Below are positions 59,462 through 64,000 of a stretch of 64,000 bases of DNA, in pieces (positions within the stretch are counted from its first letter, which is position 1; each line of letters opens with the position of its first letter). The stretch lies in contig CAYZRW010000005.1 of the NCBI GenBank assembly GCA_964480955.1, forward strand, positions 26,279 through 90,278, in the 5' to 3' direction. The notes beneath the pieces are model-generated. The model saw only the letters and a list, made by a program, of their open reading frames with translations, had not been told where the DNA came from and ran no database searches. This DNA is from an uncultured Candidatus Bathyarchaeia archaeon (lineage in GTDB: Archaea > Thermoproteota > Bathyarchaeia > 40CM-2-53-6 > RBG-13-38-9). The position numbers and the translations under genes were made by a program.

Positions 59462-61019
59462 AATGCACGCGATACTTCAGCTAAGGTTCAGTCAAGATGT
59501 CGAAAGAGCAAAACAACTGATCAGCGAAGCTATCGAAGAAGCAAATAGAACAATCCTAATCAAAGGTGCGCCGAAGGGTCAAGAGGATGAAGCTGCGAAG
59601 GTGACTGCTTGGAAGGCCAAGGGCGCTAATCTTGAACTAGAGATCGAGTCCGGAACATTCGTCAGAGCAACTACCGCCGCCTTGAGGCTGAAGAAGCTTC
59701 TAGGAAACATTCTTGGAAAAGAGTGCAAAATCGGCATGAGAGAATTGAAGGTCGAAACCATCGAATTCTCAATCAAGACTGAACATGAAATTGATCAGCA
59801 AGTAGCTAGCAGAATCAGAGCAATCCCGAATGTCTCGAAGCTGGAATACGAGACAGGTAGAGCCAAGATAACAATTGAGGAGATGAGTGAACACGACCTC
59901 AAGAATAATGTTCCTGATAGGATCTTGACCAGAATCAAAGAAATCTTGACCAGGGTCACAAAGCCGACACCTACAGTCGAGGCTCCTCTGATGGTGAAGA
60001 AAGGCAAAATAAAGCAGACCAAGTCTGACAAAGATCCGATGCAAGTGGCAATAGAGCTGGGATGGATCAAAGAGTTCCCAGGGCGGGGACAATGGATCTA
60101 TACGACTCCTTACGCACAACTGTTCACGATCATAAGAAGCATCCTCATAGACGAAGTAGCTCACCACCTGGGCTTCCAACCTTTCATGCTTCCCAAGCTG
60201 ATACCGCTGGAAGTCATGAAGAAGATGCCAGGATACCTGGATGACATCCCCGAAGGGATGTACTACTGCTTTCCGCCGCCAAGAGACCCAGAGGCCTTCA
60301 CAGAATTCAAAGAAAAACTGAAGATAACCAAGGAAATCTCAAAAGAAGAGCTGAAGAAGGCCCTCAAGGATCCTGAGTACGTGCTTGCTCCGGCCCAATG
60401 TGAGCCCTTCTGGCAGTTCTACGGAAGAGAGACCTTGAACCAAGAGAATTATCCTCACAGACTTTACGACGCCTCGGGCTGGACCTACAGATGGGAGGGC
60501 GGTGGCGTCGAGGGTATGGTCAGACTACACGAATTTCAAAGGATCGAACTGACCTACCTTGGAACGCCAAAGCAGGTGGTTGAGATTAGAGACTCAATAT
60601 TAGAGAGGTGCATTCGTGTTGCCGACAAGCTCCTTGACATGGAATGGAGAGTGACGGCAGCAATCCCCTTCTGGGCCCGCGAAGGGGAAGTTGCCGCAAA
60701 CATACACGACAGTGAAACAGTGTCAGCATATGACCTTGAGATATATCTGCCATACAGAGGTGCAAGGGAGACATCCGAATGGCTTGAGGTTGCAGGTTGC
60801 TTCATACACAAACTGAAATTCATAGAGAGCTTTGGCATCCGTGAGATCAAGAATAGGGGGACGTGGACAGGTTGCTCGGGACTCGGCTTGACACGCTGGG
60901 TGTCCGCATTCTTGGCTACCAAAGGATTTGAACCAACAGACTGGCCTAAGGCTGTGGAGGAAAAGTTCAACAAGAACTACACTTTGCCCAAGAGTCTCCT
61001 CTGGCCCCCCAAGAAGTAG
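59445..61019 (+). CDS. Class II aminoacyl-tRNA synthetase-like protein, most similar to atypical (methanogen-type) seryl-tRNA synthetase
   Basis: About 525 aa. Class II motif 1-like (HHLGFQPFMLPKLIPLEVMKKMPGYLDDIPEGMYY), motif 2-like (MVRLHEFQRIE) and motif 3-like (GCSGLGLTRWVSAFLATKGFEPTDWP, cf. the GxGxGxxRW ending of unusual SerRS) are present. A roughly 230-aa N-terminal domain precedes the catalytic core. Confidence 0.5.
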   Translation: MKNQLRMHAILQLRFSQDVERAKQLISEAIEEANRTILIKGAPKGQEDEAAKVTAWKAKGANLELEIESGTFVRATTAALRLKKLLGNILGKECKIGMRELKVETIEFSIKTEHEIDQQVASRIRAIPNVSKLEYETGRAKITIEEMSEHDLKNNVPDRILTRIKEILTRVTKPTPTVEAPLMVKKGKIKQTKSDKDPMQVAIELGWIKEFPGRGQWIYTTPYAQLFTIIRSILIDEVAHHLGFQPFMLPKLIPLEVMKKMPGYLDDIPEGMYYCFPPPRDPEAFTEFKEKLKITKEISKEELKKALKDPEYVLAPAQCEPFWQFYGRETLNQENYPHRLYDASGWTYRWEGGGVEGMVRLHEFQRIELTYLGTPKQVVEIRDSILERCIRVADKLLDMEWRVTAAIPFWAREGEVAANIHDSETVSAYDLEIYLPYRGARETSEWLEVAGCFIHKLKFIESFGIREIKNRGTWTGCSGLGLTRWVSAFLATKGFEPTDWPKAVEEKFNKNYTLPKSLLWPPKK

Positions 61020-61227
61020 CCGAGCAGACCGAACCCTGAAGTGATCGACGTTAGACAGTCTAGAGGTGTACCATTTACTCGATACAGAATCGTCATGAAG
61101 AATGGTAGTCTGCCGGGAACTTAACAAAACAGATTCTCTATTCATCGGCCCGAGGTACAAGATGCGACTAGCAAACATTTTAAGTTGGCCTAAGATAGTA
61201 GCTCAATCCCAGATTGAGGTTTAGCAT

Positions 61228-61875
61228 TTGTCAAAAGCTCCAGGAAGGATACGCGATAAATGGCGGATGAAGGAGTGGTATGAAGTATATACTCCCTCTT
61301 ACTTCGGAGAGCTGAACATCGCAAGTATACCCTGCTCAGGCCCCGACAAGTTGGCTGGGAGGGTTGTGGAGAGTACGCTCTATGAGATCACCGGCGACTT
61401 CTCACATCAATCCATCAAGCTCTATTTCTTGGTCCGGGAAGTGAAGGGAACGAGGGTTGATACCCTCCTTAAGGGACATGAGTATTCTACGGACTACCTG
61501 AGAAGCTTGGTACGCAGGGGTAGCTCGAGGATAGATGGTATATTTAGAGTCACGACAAAAGATGGATATACAACTAGAATCTCGGTTGTGGCTTTCGCCA
61601 GGGCTAGGGTAAACATTGCGCAGCAGCGGGCGATCAGACGTATCATGCGGGAGGTTCTTGAAGAGAAAGCAAAGAATTTGACTTATGATCAGCTATGCCA
61701 TGAAATGGTTCTTGGAAGCGTAGCCAAGGCAGGTGTAGGATCAGACATCTACAACCTCGCTAAGAAAATCGCTCCTCTGCGACATATTGGAGTCAGAAAA
61801 TCTAAACTTCTCTCTCTACCAGAAGGTTTGACGGCTGAGGCGGCTGTGGCGGCCCAAGAAGTCCAACAGGCCTAG
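61228..61875 (+). CDS. rps3ae: 30S ribosomal protein S3Ae (eS1)
   Basis: 215 aa (KWRMKEWYEVYTPSYFG...). Confidence 0.85.
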   Translation: MSKAPGRIRDKWRMKEWYEVYTPSYFGELNIASIPCSGPDKLAGRVVESTLYEITGDFSHQSIKLYFLVREVKGTRVDTLLKGHEYSTDYLRSLVRRGSSRIDGIFRVTTKDGYTTRISVVAFARARVNIAQQRAIRRIMREVLEEKAKNLTYDQLCHEMVLGSVAKAGVGSDIYNLAKKIAPLRHIGVRKSKLLSLPEGLTAEAAVAAQEVQQA

Positions 61876-61986
61876 TCTTAGTCTGCCAAGTTAGATATGG
61901 GCATCAAGGTCTCCCTCAACCCAATCTGATGATAATACATAATAGAGTTGGACTCTCAAAACTCCGGATTGATGCCGTGATGCCCT

Positions 61987-63363
61987 TTGAGGCTGTTTGG
62001 TACGTCCGGTATCCGTGGTATTCCGAATATTGATCTTACCCCAGAGTTCATAGTTAGACTTGGTCTAGCGCTAGCCAATTTTGCGAGGGGGGGAAAAGTA
62101 GCTGTTGGCTACGATACTAGGACATCAAGTCACATGATAGCTTACTCATTGATCGCAGGGTTGTTGGCTGGTGGCTCGGAAGTCAAGAATCTCGGTTTGA
62201 TCCCGACACCAGTCTTGGCATACCTTACCTCAGACATAGGAGCTCAGGTGGGTGCCATGGTGACCGCAAGTCACAACCCCCCAGAGTACAATGGCGTGAA
62301 ACTGTTTGATCGAGATGGCATGGCTTTCAATCACGCCCTCCAGACAGAGATTGAGAGACTCGTGAATTCAACGGATTTGCGACGTGTGAGCTGGAACACC
62401 CTACACGGTGTAGAAACCGTTGACTGCGTTGATCGGTACATAGAGATGATCAGGAGCTTGGTTGTCATAGAAAAAGAATGGAAGGTAGTTGTGGACCCTG
62501 GGTGTGGAGCTGCGCACTCGTTGGGACCGAGACTGCTCCGTGAGCAGGGATGCAAAGTTCTGGCCATCAACGCCCAACCAGACGGATTCTTCCCTGGACG
62601 TGGTCCTGAGCCTACCACTGAATCACTCACCATGCTGTCTAGGACTGTTAAAGAGACTGGTGCTGACGCGGGGATAGCCTACGACGGCGACGCTGACAGG
62701 ATGGCTATTATTGACGAAAACGGAGCGGTTGTACCCATGGACCAACTAATAGCCGCTTACGGTGCGTACTTGGTGTCCTTGGAGAATGAGAAAACAATAG
62801 TCGTCCCGGTAGACGCATCTATCTGCATTGAGGAGAGTGTTGAGAAAGAAGGAGGCATTGTTGTAAGGACGGCCGTTGGCGACGTAAACGTGGCCGAAGC
62901 CGTATTGAAACACAAGGCAGCGCTTGGCGCCGAGGCCAGCGGTGCTTGGATAAACCCAGACTACAGCCTGTGTCCTGATGGCGTTCTCTCAAGTATGTTG
63001 ATACTGGCGGCAGTCTCAAGTAAGCAAATCAATACAACCCTCTCCAAGTTTGTGGGCTTGGTTCCAAGATACCCAATATTGAGAAGCCGAATAACCTGCC
63101 CTGAGGAGCTTAAGATGGCTGTCATGAAGCAACTTCAATCAGAACTCCCTAAGATCATGTCGGAAAAATGTGAGATTCTCACTGTTGACGGCATAAGGGT
63201 TTCTTCCAAAACAGAATGGGTCTTGATACGACCAAGCGGAACTGAGCCAGTACTTAGAGTATCTGTAGAAGCAAGAAACAGCTCAAGAGCAGAATCACTC
63301 ATGCGTAAAGCCACCACGCTGACGCAACACATCATCAAAGGCCTCTCCGGGCGAATGGGCTGA
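61987..63363 (+). CDS. glmM: Phosphoglucosamine mutase / phosphomannomutase (α-D-phosphohexomutase family)
   Basis: LFGTSGIRG is present along with the active-site Ser motif (TASHNPPEYNG), the metal loop (DGDADR) and a sugar-binding loop. Confidence 0.85.
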   Translation: MRLFGTSGIRGIPNIDLTPEFIVRLGLALANFARGGKVAVGYDTRTSSHMIAYSLIAGLLAGGSEVKNLGLIPTPVLAYLTSDIGAQVGAMVTASHNPPEYNGVKLFDRDGMAFNHALQTEIERLVNSTDLRRVSWNTLHGVETVDCVDRYIEMIRSLVVIEKEWKVVVDPGCGAAHSLGPRLLREQGCKVLAINAQPDGFFPGRGPEPTTESLTMLSRTVKETGADAGIAYDGDADRMAIIDENGAVVPMDQLIAAYGAYLVSLENEKTIVVPVDASICIEESVEKEGGIVVRTAVGDVNVAEAVLKHKAALGAEASGAWINPDYSLCPDGVLSSMLILAAVSSKQINTTLSKFVGLVPRYPILRSRITCPEELKMAVMKQLQSELPKIMSEKCEILTVDGIRVSSKTEWVLIRPSGTEPVLRVSVEARNSSRAESLMRKATTLTQHIIKGLSGRMG

Positions 63364-63399
63364 GACCTTGGCTAGATCAGCGCTCGCGGGGTTTGGACT

Positions 63400-64000
63400 A
63401 TGAGGGGGGTAATCCTTGCCGCCGGTGAGGGATTACGTCTGAGGCCTCTTACAGAGAACAGACCAAAACATATGATCCCAATAGCAGGTCAACCCCTCCT
63501 TCAACACATCATCGAGGCCTTCAAGAACAGCGGCGTGCACAAGTTCACTCTGGTCGTAGGATATCTCAGAGAGGCTATTGAGCACTACTTCTCTGACGGT
63601 AAGGCCTTAGGAGTCAAGATAGGCTACGTTCACCAACAGAGAATTCAAGGCACAGCTGACGCAGTTGCACAACTGGAGCAACAACTCGAAGAATCACGCT
63701 TTCTTCTATGCTACGGTGACGTATACGTTTCGCCAAGTGCAATCGCGAAAGTCGTAGATCTCTTCAACGACAAATCATTCGACGCAGCAGTCGCAGTTGT
63801 GCCAGTCAAAGACCAAGAACAGTACGGTATGGTAAAGATCGAGGAAGGATATGTGAAAGACATACAAGAGAAACCCGAGAGACGCTCATCAAGCAACTTT
63901 GCCAACGCAGGCGTATACATCCTTGAAAGAAGCATATTCGACGCGGTGAGAAGTACAGCAAGATCCTCAAGGGGAGAACTCGAGCTAACCGACTCAATGG
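63400..64000 (+). CDS. Sugar-1-phosphate nucleotidyltransferase (GlmU/RmlA-like N-terminal domain), partial; its 3' end is outside the window
   Basis: An ATG at 63400 gives MRGVILAAGEGLRLRPLTENRPKHMIPIAGQPL..., the G-x-G-x-R-L NTP-transferase signature. It is not in the ORF track because no stop codon falls within the window. Confidence 0.75.
   Translation, partial: MRGVILAAGEGLRLRPLTENRPKHMIPIAGQPLLQHIIEAFKNSGVHKFTLVVGYLREAIEHYFSDGKALGVKIGYVHQQRIQGTADAVAQLEQQLEESRFLLCYGDVYVSPSAIAKVVDLFNDKSFDAAVAVVPVKDQEQYGMVKIEEGYVKDIQEKPERRSSSNFANAGVYILERSIFDAVRSTARSSRGELELTDSM

Noticed and set aside
1-64000. CRISPR arrays, rRNA and tRNA genes
   Set aside because: No periodic repeat-spacer structure was seen. 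No rRNA-like conserved blocks were seen. No tRNA cloverleaf was detected in any intergenic spacer by eye. A proper tRNAscan/Infernal run is still advisable.

Overview
This 64 kb window is a gene-dense archaeal chromosomal segment of roughly 50% GC, and nearly all of it is coding. It has the hallmarks of a TACK/Thermoproteota-like archaeon: LysW-dependent amino-acid synthesis, Alba, KEOPS, the aIF2γ–PIN–RpoE–Spt4 and L7Ae–S28e–L24e–NDK–aIF5B–S6e blocks, and a bulge-helix-bulge (BHB) intron in an mRNA. The order of genes, left to right, is as follows. (1) Enolase 3' end, then rps2, a MEMO1-like gene, and an isoprenoid and ether-lipid supercluster: mevalonate kinase, IPP isomerase type 2, HMG-CoA reductase, digeranylgeranylglyceryl phosphate synthase (DGGGPS), geranylgeranylglyceryl phosphate synthase (GGGPS), DUF2070 and glycerol-1-phosphate dehydrogenase. 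(2) Ham1, Bud32 and Kae1. (3) aIF2γ, PIN, RpoE, Spt4, DUF359, then S27ae, S24e, S6e, aIF5B, NDK, L24e, S28e and L7Ae. (4) argG, two LysW carrier-protein/ligase pairs, lysYZJK and homocitrate synthase. (5) ilvBNC, leuCDBA and a second IDH-like enzyme. (6) A his operon (hisD, C, a HAD hydrolase, B, H, A, F, IE). (7) pheA and rps15. (8) A roughly 6.7 kb accessory stretch: two paralogous glycosyltransferases, HEPN-like and HNH-like small proteins, alba and a tyrosine recombinase. (9) A RecJ/GAN-like nuclease, a Pcc1-like gene, an atypical SerRS-like class II aaRS, rps3ae, glmM and a partial sugar-1-P nucleotidyltransferase. The most striking observation is a 38-nt intervening sequence inside the P-loop codons of aIF5B (infB). 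It is flanked by a textbook BHB motif, and removing it restores the GHVDHGKT motif exactly. No tRNA, rRNA or CRISPR array was recognised.
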